NCBI GenBank assembly: GCA_963849235.1
Contig: CAWKGY010000011.1
Location: forward strand, 30,606 to 94,605
DNA length: 64,000 nucleotides
Direction: 5' to 3'
Origin: an uncultured Actinomycetota bacterium
GTDB taxonomy: Bacteria > Actinomycetota > Actinomycetes > Mycobacteriales > Pseudonocardiaceae
Position 1 is the stretch's first letter. The number at the start of each line of letters is the position of its first letter. A program made the translations under genes and the position numbers. Positions 18,788-26,547 of this stretch are shown in pieces. The notes beneath the pieces are model-generated. The model made no database searches, was not told where the DNA came from, and was given only the letters and a program-made list of their open reading frames with translations.

Positions 18788-19350
18788 AGCCGGCGCGTGC
18801 GCTCGGCGTCGCCGCCCTGCAGCAGCGCGTCGAACAGGTAGCGGTGGTCGACCAGGGCCTGACGCCGTTCCTCGAGCTCCTGCTCCTCCTGCTCGTCGGC
18901 GACCGCGACCTCGTGGGCCGAGCGGAAGTGCTCGACCAGGTCCGGGTAGTCGACCGAGACGAGCTTCTCGCGCTCCTCGAAGCGCTCCGAGGGATAGCCG
19001 CGGTCGCGCATCACCTGCTGGACGAGCAGGTCCGCGTCGCGCAGACCGGTCGACGGGTTCTCGACGAACGTGGACTGCGCGGTGTCCCAGGCGCGGGAGT
19101 ACCGATCACGCTCGTCCGCGCCGAGGTCGCGCAGCTCGAGCCGCTCGCGGCGCTTCAGCCGGTCGCGGAGCTCCTTCTCGCCGCTGCGGCGCCCGTAGTC
19201 GGACACCACGCGGTCGTACTCCTCACCGAAGCGGCTGCGCAGCGCGGCCGTCCCGGGCCGGCCACGACGACGCGCGAGCACGAGCAGCACGACCCCGAGG
19301 ATCACCACCACCACGGCCGCGACCACGACGCCGAGCACCACACCGTCCAT
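18784..19350 (-). CDS. Membrane-anchored hypothetical protein (actinobacterial)
   Basis: N-terminal TM helix, then LRSRFGEEYDR, Q.TFVE.P, VMRDRGYP. Confidence 0.75.
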   Translation of the reverse strand: MDGVVLGVVVAAVVVVILGVVLLVLARRRGRPGTAALRSRFGEEYDRVVSDYGRRSGEKELRDRLKRRERLELRDLGADERDRYSRAWDTAQSTFVENPSTGLRDADLLVQQVMRDRGYPSERFEEREKLVSVDYPDLVEHFRSAHEVAVADEQEEQELEERRQALVDHRYLFDALLQGGDAERTRRL

Positions 19351-19476
19351 CGCCGGACTCCCCACACGTCGGCCAGAGCGACCGTCGGGGTCCGGGACGG
19401 ATCGCCGTCAGCCTAACCCGGGCGGACGCCCGATCGGGGGATCGAACGGCCGCCTGGAGTCGGGGATCGCGGTGTG

Positions 19477-20139
19477 TCAGGCGGCGCGGAAGTCCGCCGG
19501 ACGCTCCGGGCTCGCCTCCGCGAGCGCCTTGTGGGTGCCCTCGACGTCGTAGTCCTTGCCGTAGACCGGCGTGCCCGGCTGCTGCCGCCACGACTCCTCG
19601 AGCGAGCCGGCGTCGACCGGGTCGAAACCGAGCTCGTCGACGAGCGCCGAGACGGTGTCCTTGCCCGGCCCGTCCGCGCCCGCGATCGGCAGGGCGATGC
19701 GGCCGTCGGTGCCCTGCGGCTTCCCGCTCTCGAGCAGGTGCTTCCACCAGATGCCGTTGAAGACCTTGTAGACCGGCGTCCCGAGCAGCTCGGACACCCA
19801 GACGCTCTCGGGCGTGCCGTCCTCGAGCGCGTCGATCCGGCCGTCGCGCTGCTGCGGGTAGTAGTTGTTCGTCTCGATGACGGGCGCCCCGGCCTTGGCC
19901 GAGGACACGATCCCGGGCTCGAGGTCCGGGGTGTTCTTCTGCGGGATGCTGACGATCACCGCATCCGCGTCGAGCGCCGCCTCGCGCGCCCACACGGGGG
20001 TGGCCCCGGTCTCCGCGGCCAGGTCCGCCAGCGTCTCCGGGCCCCGGGAGTTCGCCACCCGCACCTCGTGCCCCAGCGCAGTGAGCCGCCGCGTGAGCGT
20101 CCCGCCGATCATGCCCGCACCGATGATTCCGATCCTCAT
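19477..20139 (-). CDS. NADPH-dependent F420 reductase family oxidoreductase
   Basis: IGAGMIG, ANSRGPETL, NYYPQQRDG, KVFN, GFDPVDAG. Confidence 0.88.
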   Translation of the reverse strand: MRIGIIGAGMIGGTLTRRLTALGHEVRVANSRGPETLADLAAETGATPVWAREAALDADAVIVSIPQKNTPDLEPGIVSSAKAGAPVIETNNYYPQQRDGRIDALEDGTPESVWVSELLGTPVYKVFNGIWWKHLLESGKPQGTDGRIALPIAGADGPGKDTVSALVDELGFDPVDAGSLEESWRQQPGTPVYGKDYDVEGTHKALAEASPERPADFRAA

Positions 20140-20294
20140 GCCCGGGAGAACCGGGCGGCGCCGCGCCTATTCCCCCGAGGCACCCGGGTCGCCCGGTTTC
20201 CCGCGGCACATCCTGCACGTCACGCACCGACGTTGACCGGCGTCGGGCCCCTCACGACGATGACGGCACCCGTCGTCGTCGAAGGAGCGCCCAG

Positions 20295-20618
20295 ATGATC
20301 GTGATCAACATCGTGATGCCGATCCGTCCCGAGAAGATGGACGACTGGCTGGCGCTCGCCGATTCCTACGCCGAGGACGTGAACTCCGAGGAGGGCTGCC
20401 TGTTCTTCAAGTTCTCCCGCAGCCTCACCGACGAGAACGAGTTCGTCTGCATCGAGGGCTTCAAGGACGCCGACGCCGGCGCGACCCACGTCGCGCAGCC
20501 CTACGTGAAGAAGTTCTTCGACACCGCGCCCGACCTCGTGTCGGCGCAGCCGCAGATCCTCTACATCGACACCCCGCACGACGGGTTCGGGCCGATGGGC
20601 GAGATCCAGCCCCGCTGA
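20295..20618 (+). CDS. Putative quinol monooxygenase (ABM domain)
   Basis: 107 aa with EEGCLFF, E.F and H.AQPY. GAAGGAG RBS. Confidence 0.85.
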   Translation: MIVINIVMPIRPEKMDDWLALADSYAEDVNSEEGCLFFKFSRSLTDENEFVCIEGFKDADAGATHVAQPYVKKFFDTAPDLVSAQPQILYIDTPHDGFGPMGEIQPR

Positions 20619-20663
20619 CCCGGAGCTCGGTGCGGTGCCCCGGTGCCACCCGGACGACACCGG

Positions 20664-21068
20664 TCAGCCGGCGCCGTCCTGACGTGACGCCGGGTCGACG
20701 ACGGGGCTCGGCGGGTCCGGCGCGAGCGTCCCGTCGGGGGCGATGTGCTCGAGCACCTGGTCGACCAGGACCAGGATGTGCGGGTCCTCGACGCGGTAGA
20801 TCTGCCGACGCCCGTCGCGCCGGGAGCGCACCAGCCCGGCCAGGCGCAGCTTCGCCAGGTGCTGGCTGACCGAGGCGACGCTGGCGCCGGTCCGCGTCGC
20901 CAGGCTGCCGACGTCCCAGGGCTGCTGGGAGAGCAGCCACATCAGGTGCAGCCGGACCGGCACCGACAACAGGTCCAGCGTGCCCGCCGCGGCGGCGAGC
21001 TGGGCCGCGGTCGGCTCCGACGTGGGCCCCGGCGCGCCGACCTCCGGACCCGACGTGCTGTGCGGCAT
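20664..21068 (-). CDS. ArsR/SmtB metalloregulator (KmtR-like)
   Basis: VSQHLAKLRLAGLV.SRRDGR.IY...H...EH. CAGGAG RBS before ATG 21068. Confidence 0.88.
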   Translation of the reverse strand: MPHSTSGPEVGAPGPTSEPTAAQLAAAAGTLDLLSVPVRLHLMWLLSQQPWDVGSLATRTGASVASVSQHLAKLRLAGLVRSRRDGRRQIYRVEDPHILVLVDQVLEHIAPDGTLAPDPPSPVVDPASRQDGAG

Positions 21069-21211
21069 CCCTGGCTCCTGCCCCGCCCCTGCCCTCGCCG
21101 ACCTGGCGACCGGGTCGATCCCGTCCGGCACAGTCTGTCCCCGTGCGTCCGTCCTCGGGAACCCGGCGCGTGGTGACGAGCCGCGCCGAGCTACATCATT
21201 TGCGTAAGTGG

Positions 21212-21240
21212 TTGACAATCAGCGGCGTCGCGGACACGGT
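21212..21240 (+). promoter_or_regulatory. Putative promoter for the riboswitch/GDT1 transcript
   Basis: TTGACA (21212-21217), a 17-nt spacer and CACGGT (21235-21240), directly upstream of the riboswitch. Confidence 0.5.
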
Positions 21241-21249
21241 GGAGAACAG

Positions 21250-21376
21250 CGAAGGGGAGTAGCCCCCCGCGCCGTGATCGACACACTGGTCGAGTCGGGC
21301 ACCGCTGCGGCGGACCCGGCGTCGAGACCCGGTCCGGTGGTTCCGCCCCGCGGGGTCGGAGTGGGCGAGACCTTCG
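21250..21376 (+). ncRNA. yybP-ykoY (Mn2+-sensing) riboswitch
   Basis: Conserved ends CGAAGGGGAGTAGC ... GGCGAGACCTTCG and internal CGACACAC loop. It lies upstream of a GDT1/TMEM165 gene. Confidence 0.88.
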
Positions 21377-21461
21377 GCGTTGTCCGTGTCGTACACGGTC
21401 GCCGAAGCTCTCGGACGAGGGCCGCGCGGCGACCGGTGACCCGCCGGAAGGTCGCTCCCCC

Positions 21462-22067
21462 GTGAACCTGGCTGCCGCCGCCGTGGTGTTCGGCATCGTG
21501 CTGCCCGCCGAACTGCCCGACAAGACCGCGCTCGCCAGCCTCGTCCTGGGCAGTCGCTACAACCCCCGCTACGTCTTCGCGGGCGTCGCGGCCGGGTTCG
21601 CCGTCCACGTCGGGATCGCGCTGGCCGCCGGGTCGCTGCTGGCCCTGCTCCCCCACCGCCCCGTCGAGATCGTCGTCGCGGCCCTGTTCCTCGGCGGCGC
21701 GGTCCTGCTCCTGCGCCGCGCCCGCGACGGCGGCGGGGAGGTCGACGAGCAGGAGTACGAGCACCGGATCGCGCCGGAACGGCTCACCTCCGGGTGGCGC
21801 ATCGCGGCGACCAGCTTCGGGCTGATCTTCCTCGCCGAGTTCGGCGACCTCACCCAGATCCTCACGGCCAACCTCGCGGCGCACTACCACGATCCGCTCG
21901 CGGTCGGGGTCGGCGCGGTCCTCGCCCTGTGGACCGTCGGCGGACTGGCGATCCTCGGGGGCCGGCGGCTCCAGCGGTTCCTGTCCCTGACCTGGATCGC
22001 CCGCGTGGCCGCCGTCGCCATGATCGTCCTCGCGGGGTTCAGCATCGTGGGCGCGATCCAGGGCTGA
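21462..22067 (+). CDS. TMEM165/GDT1 (UPF0016) family Mn/Ca transporter
   Basis: Two ExGD(K/R)T-type motifs, AELPDKT and AEFGDLTQ; hydrophobic. Confidence 0.92.
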   Translation: MNLAAAAVVFGIVLPAELPDKTALASLVLGSRYNPRYVFAGVAAGFAVHVGIALAAGSLLALLPHRPVEIVVAALFLGGAVLLLRRARDGGGEVDEQEYEHRIAPERLTSGWRIAATSFGLIFLAEFGDLTQILTANLAAHYHDPLAVGVGAVLALWTVGGLAILGGRRLQRFLSLTWIARVAAVAMIVLAGFSIVGAIQG

Positions 22068-22141
22068 CCAGGTGCGCTCCGCGCTCGTGAGCAGTCATCC
22101 GTGTCCTGGCACGGATGACTGCTCACGAGGCCGGAGGCCAC

Positions 22142-23350
22142 CTATCGGTTCCCGGCGCTCCAGGCGTAGGGCAGGTCGGATCCGTTGAGCACGTGGTCGC
22201 CGACGGTCTGCAGCTTGTAGATCAGCGGGTTGTGCACCGAGATCGTGCGGGCGTTGCGCCAGTGGCGGTCCAGCCGCAGCTTCTCCGAGGTGATCGACGC
22301 CCCGCCGACCTCGAACAGCTGTGTGGTGGCGTCGAGGACGGTCGGGATGACGCCGGCCTGGGCGCGCGCCACGTCGAACTCGACCTGGTCGAGCAGGTCG
22401 GCGTCGGAGCTGTCCCCCGCGAGCAGGTGGTCGAGCTGGTCGGCGATCTCGAGCACGAGCGCGCGGGCGGCGAAGGCCGCGGACGACAGCCGGCCGATCA
22501 CCTGCTGGACCAGCGGGTCGTGGCGCGGGAGGTCGGCGGCCGCGTGCGTGTAGCTGCGGGTGCGCTCGCGGACCCAGTCGGAGACGTCGTCGGTGGCGCG
22601 CCGGGCGATGCCGGCGAGCACCGCGAGCTGCACCAACTGCAGGTAGGCGGTCCCGTAGGTCCGGCCCGGCGTGCCGTACCCGGGGCCGAGGACCCGGTCG
22701 GCCGGCACGGACACCTCGTCGAACTCGGTGGTGCCGCTGGCGGTGAGGCGCTGGCCGAAGCCGTCCCAGTCGTCGTGCTGGGTCACGCCGTCGGCGTCGG
22801 CGTCGACGAGGACGGCGACCCGCTCCCCGTCCTGGTCGGCGGCGACGACGATGTGGTCGGCGTAGAGGCTGCCGGTGCTGTAGTACTTCGTGCCCGTCAG
22901 GCGCAGGTCCTCCCCGTCCGGCGTGACCGTCGTGCGGTAGCGGTCGATGGCCCCGACGCCCGGCTCGGAGATGGCGTTCCCGACGAGGACGCCGTCGGCC
23001 GCCGCCCGCAGCCAGCGCTCGCGGTCGGGACCCGGCTCGGCCAGGAGCTGCTCCTCGACGAACCACCAGTGCACGCGCAGCGCCTGGGGCAGGTTCGACT
23101 CGGCGGCGGCCAGGTGGATCAGCTGACGGAACAGCTGCCGCACCGAGGCGCCGTAGCCCCCGAACTCGACCGGCACCCGCAGCGCGCCGAAGCGGACCTC
23201 GTTCAGGGCCCGGACGGCGTCGTGGGCCAGGGAGCGGTCCTGCTCGCGCTGCACGGCGCCCTCGGCGATCCGGGCGAAGACCGGGGCGAAGATCGCGTCG
23301 AGCTGGTCGTCGGAGTACCGGGTGGTGGGTTCGGTGATCGTGGCGCTCAC
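22142..23350 (-). CDS. Acyl-CoA dehydrogenase-fold flavin monooxygenase, SfnB/DszC/SoxC (sulfur acquisition) type
   Basis: GNAISE, GTKYYSTGSLYAD, DDWDGFGQRLTASGT, LDRHWRNARTISVHNP. GAAAGGA RBS. Confidence 0.88.
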   Translation of the reverse strand: MSATITEPTTRYSDDQLDAIFAPVFARIAEGAVQREQDRSLAHDAVRALNEVRFGALRVPVEFGGYGASVRQLFRQLIHLAAAESNLPQALRVHWWFVEEQLLAEPGPDRERWLRAAADGVLVGNAISEPGVGAIDRYRTTVTPDGEDLRLTGTKYYSTGSLYADHIVVAADQDGERVAVLVDADADGVTQHDDWDGFGQRLTASGTTEFDEVSVPADRVLGPGYGTPGRTYGTAYLQLVQLAVLAGIARRATDDVSDWVRERTRSYTHAAADLPRHDPLVQQVIGRLSSAAFAARALVLEIADQLDHLLAGDSSDADLLDQVEFDVARAQAGVIPTVLDATTQLFEVGGASITSEKLRLDRHWRNARTISVHNPLIYKLQTVGDHVLNGSDLPYAWSAGNR

Positions 23351-23491
23351 GGGAGGTCCTTTCGACGGTGCCCGGGGCACCCCCCGACGGCAGGCGCGAC
23401 GGGGCCGGGGCTGGAGGAGGAGAGCAGGGCGCGGCTCACCGGCCCGGTCGGGCGGGGAGCCGCCCGCGGATCGCGGACGAGAGGGATCGGC

Positions 23492-23569
23492 TCAGGGGCG
23501 ACAGAGGGCCGACGCCACGCGCGCGAGGTCGATGTGCCCCCGCGTGGTCAGCATCCCGGCGCCGATCAT
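23492..23569 (-). CDS. Putative Cys-terminal leader peptide MIGAGMLTTRGHIDLARVASALCRP (not in the ORF track)
   Basis: Matches the actinobacterial leader motif L..R.H(V/I)DL.R..SA.C. A TAGGGT -10 lies 6 nt before the ATG (leaderless). It sits upstream of a sulfur-acquisition gene. Confidence 0.8.
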   Translation of the reverse strand: MIGAGMLTTRGHIDLARVASALCRP

Positions 23570-23621
23570 GCCGCGACCCTAACCCGGCCGACCCCCGATC
23601 CCAAGATCGTCGACGTCCCCG

Positions 23622-23801
23622 GGGGTCGAGGCCGACGTCGTCGTCGAGGACGTCGGGGACGGCCCGGCCGCACTGCGGGCGGACGTCGACGCCGCCTACC
23701 GCGCCGAGTACGGGCGCCACGGCCGCTCCACCGTCGAGACCATGGTCGGCGACGCGGCCGCGGCGACCACCCTGCGGCTGGATCCGGAGGCCGTCGCCTG
23801 A
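23622..23801 (+). pseudogene. C-terminal remnant of a DUF2255-like protein
   Basis: Frame reads GVEADVVVEDV...VDAAYRAEYGRHG.STVETMVGDAAAATTLRLDP*. The N-terminal half and a start codon are missing. Confidence 0.55.
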
Positions 23802-23871
23802 GGGGGACCAGCGCGGAGCGAGACGTACGACGCAGCGCCGCGGATAGTGAGCAGAACTAAGCTTCTCGGCG

Positions 23872-25260
23872 ATGACAACGCTCGTCGGGGGCCGCGCGGG
23901 GGCGGCCCGGCTCACCCTGGCGCTCGGGTGCCTGACGGTGTTCATGGCGAACCTGGACACCACGATCCTCAACGTCGCCCTGCCGACGATGGGGCACGAC
24001 CTCGGCGCCGCGACCAGCGGGCTGCAGTGGACCGTCAACGCCTACGTGCTCGCCCGCGCCGGGTCGTTGTTCGTCTGCGCCTCGTTGGGTGACCGCTTCG
24101 GGCACCGTCGGGTCTGGATGTGCGGGCTGGTCCTGTTCGGCGCCGGATCGCTGGCCTGCGGGTTGGCGCCGAGTCTCGGGGCGATGATCGGGTTCCGCGT
24201 GGTGCAGTCGCTGGGCGGGGCGCTGATGACGCCGGCGACGCTGGCCATGCTCGCCCGCGCCTACCCCTCCGGCCCTGCCCGGGCGCAGGCCCTGGGCATC
24301 TGGTCGGCCAGCACCGGGATCGCGATGGGCCTCGGCCCGGTGGTCGGCGGCCTGCTGGTCGACACCGTGGGCTGGCGCTCGGTGTTCATGGTCAACGTGC
24401 CGATCGTGGTCATCGCGCTGGCCTCGTGGCGGCTGGTGTCCGACGGTGAGCGCTCCGAGACCCCGCCGCGTCTCGACCTGCTCGGGCAGGCCGCGATCGT
24501 CGCCACCCTGTTCCCGCTGACCTACGCCCTGATCACCGCCCCGGAACGCGGGTGGGCCTCGCCGCTGACGCTCTCGCTCGTCGCCGTGTCCGTCCTGGCC
24601 GGGTGCGCGTTCGTCGTGATCGAGCGGCGGTCGAGCCACCCACTGCTCGACCTCGGCGACTTCCGCCGCCCCGCCCTCCTCGGGGCCGTCGGGCTCGCGA
24701 TCGCCGCGTTCGTCACCCTCGGCGGGTTCCTGTTCTTCAACACCCTCTGGCTGCAGGAGGTCCGCGGCCTGTCCGCGCTGCACGCCGGTCTGCTGACCGC
24801 CCCGGCCACGCTCAGCTCGTTCCTGCTCTCGCCGATCGCGGGACGGATCGTCGGGCGGATCGGTCCCCGGGTGCCGGCGACGGTGGGCGCGACGTGCCTC
24901 GCGGCGGCCACCGCGTGGATGGCGCTGACGGTGTCGGCGAGCGGTCCGGTCTGGCACGTCGTCCCGGGGTACGTCCTGCTCGGCGTGGGCCTCGGCCTGA
25001 CCAACACCCCCGTGAACTCGATCGCGGTGTCGACGATGCCGCGCGAGCGCTCCGGGGTGGCCGGGGCGATCGCCACGACGTCGCGCCAGGTCGGGAGCAA
25101 CCTCGGCGTCGCGCTGCTGGGGACGATCGTCTTCTCCGGGGCCTTCGTCCCCGGGCTGGGCCACGCCTACGCGCTCGACGCGGTCCTCTCCCTGCTCGCG
25201 GCGGGCTTCGCCTGGTGGGCCCTGCGTGCCCGGGGTCAGGCGCGCGGGGCCGAGTCGTAA
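23872..25260 (+). CDS. MFS transporter, DHA2/EmrB-QacA type
   Basis: LDTTILNVALP, LQWTVNAY, LGDRFGHRR, GPVVGGLL, WRSVFMVNVP. Confidence 0.92.
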   Translation: MTTLVGGRAGAARLTLALGCLTVFMANLDTTILNVALPTMGHDLGAATSGLQWTVNAYVLARAGSLFVCASLGDRFGHRRVWMCGLVLFGAGSLACGLAPSLGAMIGFRVVQSLGGALMTPATLAMLARAYPSGPARAQALGIWSASTGIAMGLGPVVGGLLVDTVGWRSVFMVNVPIVVIALASWRLVSDGERSETPPRLDLLGQAAIVATLFPLTYALITAPERGWASPLTLSLVAVSVLAGCAFVVIERRSSHPLLDLGDFRRPALLGAVGLAIAAFVTLGGFLFFNTLWLQEVRGLSALHAGLLTAPATLSSFLLSPIAGRIVGRIGPRVPATVGATCLAAATAWMALTVSASGPVWHVVPGYVLLGVGLGLTNTPVNSIAVSTMPRERSGVAGAIATTSRQVGSNLGVALLGTIVFSGAFVPGLGHAYALDAVLSLLAAGFAWWALRARGQARGAES

Positions 25261-25318
25261 CGGCCGGTCGTGGCGGCCGGTCGTGGCGGCCGGTCGTGGC
25301 GGCCGGTCGTGGCGGCCG
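25261..25318 (+). repeat. 13-bp tandem repeat (CGGCCGGTCGTGG) x4 plus a partial fifth
   Basis: Exact units at 25261, 25274, 25287 and 25300, then CGGCCG. Confidence 0.9.
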
Positions 25319-25364
25319 TCCTCGAGATGCCGAGGCTGTCGGACCCCGGCGCTAGGTTCCCGTC

Positions 25365-26522
25365 ATGTCGGTCGAACCCTTCGTCCTCCGCACCGACCCG
25401 CAGGCCCTGGCCGACCTGGGGACACGGCTCCGGGCCACCCGCTGGCCGGACGCGCCGGAGGACGCGGGCTGGGCCCTCGGCACCGACCTCGACTACCTGC
25501 GCGAGCTCGCGGGCTCCTGGGCGGGCGGGTTCGACTGGCCGGTGCAGGAGGCGGCGCTGGCGCGCCTCCCGCACGTCCGGGTCGGGGTCGGCGGGATCGG
25601 CATCCACGTCGTCCACGCCCGCGCGGCCGACCGGAGCGCGCCCGTGCTGCCGGTGATCCTCACCCACGGCTGGCCGGACTCGTTCTGGCGCTACACCAAG
25701 GTCGTCGAGCTGCTGACCGACCCGGGGGCCCACGGCGGGGACCCGGCCGACGCGTTCGACGTGATCGTCCCGGACATGCCCGGGTTCGGGTACTCGGACC
25801 GGCCGAGGGGACCCGCCCACGACTCGATCGGCGTCGCCGCGCTGTGGGCCGAGCTCATGACCACCCTCGGCTACCCGCGCTTCGGCGCCGCGGGCGGCGA
25901 CATCGGAAGCCACGTCAGCCGCTACCTCGCGCTCGACCACCCCGACCGGGTCGTGGCGGTGCACCGCACCGACGGCGGCCAGCCCTACCCCGGCGTCGAC
26001 CGCTCCGTCCTCACCCACGAGGAGCTCGACTGGTTCGACGCGGGCACCGCCTGGGCGATGCGCGAGGGCGCGTACATGGGGATGCACCGCACCAAGCCAC
26101 AGACCGCCGCCTTCGGGCTCACCGACTCCCCCGTCGGGCTCGCCGCCTGGATCGTCGAGAAGCTGCGCAGCTGGAGCGACTGCGGGGGCGACGTCGAGCG
26201 CGCCTTCACCCGGAACGAGATCCTCACGAACCTGACGATCTACTGGCTCACCGGGACGATCGGCTCGTCGATGCGCATGTACCAGGCGAACGCGGCCATC
26301 CCGCCCGAGCAGCTCGCGCGGCGCGTCGACGTCCCGTCAGGGTTCTCGCTCTTCCCCGCCGACATGCTGCGCCCGCCGCGCGCCTGGCTGGAGCGGACGA
26401 CCAACCTGGTCCGGGTCACCGAGCCGGCCCACGGCGGGCACTTCGCGGCGTTCGAGCAGCCCGAGCTCTACGCCCGGGAACTGCGCGACTTCTTCCGCCC
26501 GTTCCGCGCGGAGTTCGCCTGA
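25365..26522 (+). CDS. Epoxide hydrolase (EHN domain), leaderless
   Basis: TRWPD, HGWP, GGDIG, DSPVGLAAWIVEK, GGHFAAFEQP. TAGGTT-N6-ATG. Confidence 0.93.
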   Translation: MSVEPFVLRTDPQALADLGTRLRATRWPDAPEDAGWALGTDLDYLRELAGSWAGGFDWPVQEAALARLPHVRVGVGGIGIHVVHARAADRSAPVLPVILTHGWPDSFWRYTKVVELLTDPGAHGGDPADAFDVIVPDMPGFGYSDRPRGPAHDSIGVAALWAELMTTLGYPRFGAAGGDIGSHVSRYLALDHPDRVVAVHRTDGGQPYPGVDRSVLTHEELDWFDAGTAWAMREGAYMGMHRTKPQTAAFGLTDSPVGLAAWIVEKLRSWSDCGGDVERAFTRNEILTNLTIYWLTGTIGSSMRMYQANAAIPPEQLARRVDVPSGFSLFPADMLRPPRAWLERTTNLVRVTEPAHGGHFAAFEQPELYARELRDFFRPFRAEFA

Positions 26523-26547
26523 CGCGGCGGGCGCGCGGGCGGCGCGC

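Noticed and set aside
23351-23491. SAM riboswitch upstream of the sulfur gene
   Set aside because: No SAM-I/IV core was recognisable. The leader peptide explains the region better.
25261-25318. Repeat as a possible CRISPR array
   Set aside because: The 13-bp units are contiguous with no spacers, and no cas genes are present.
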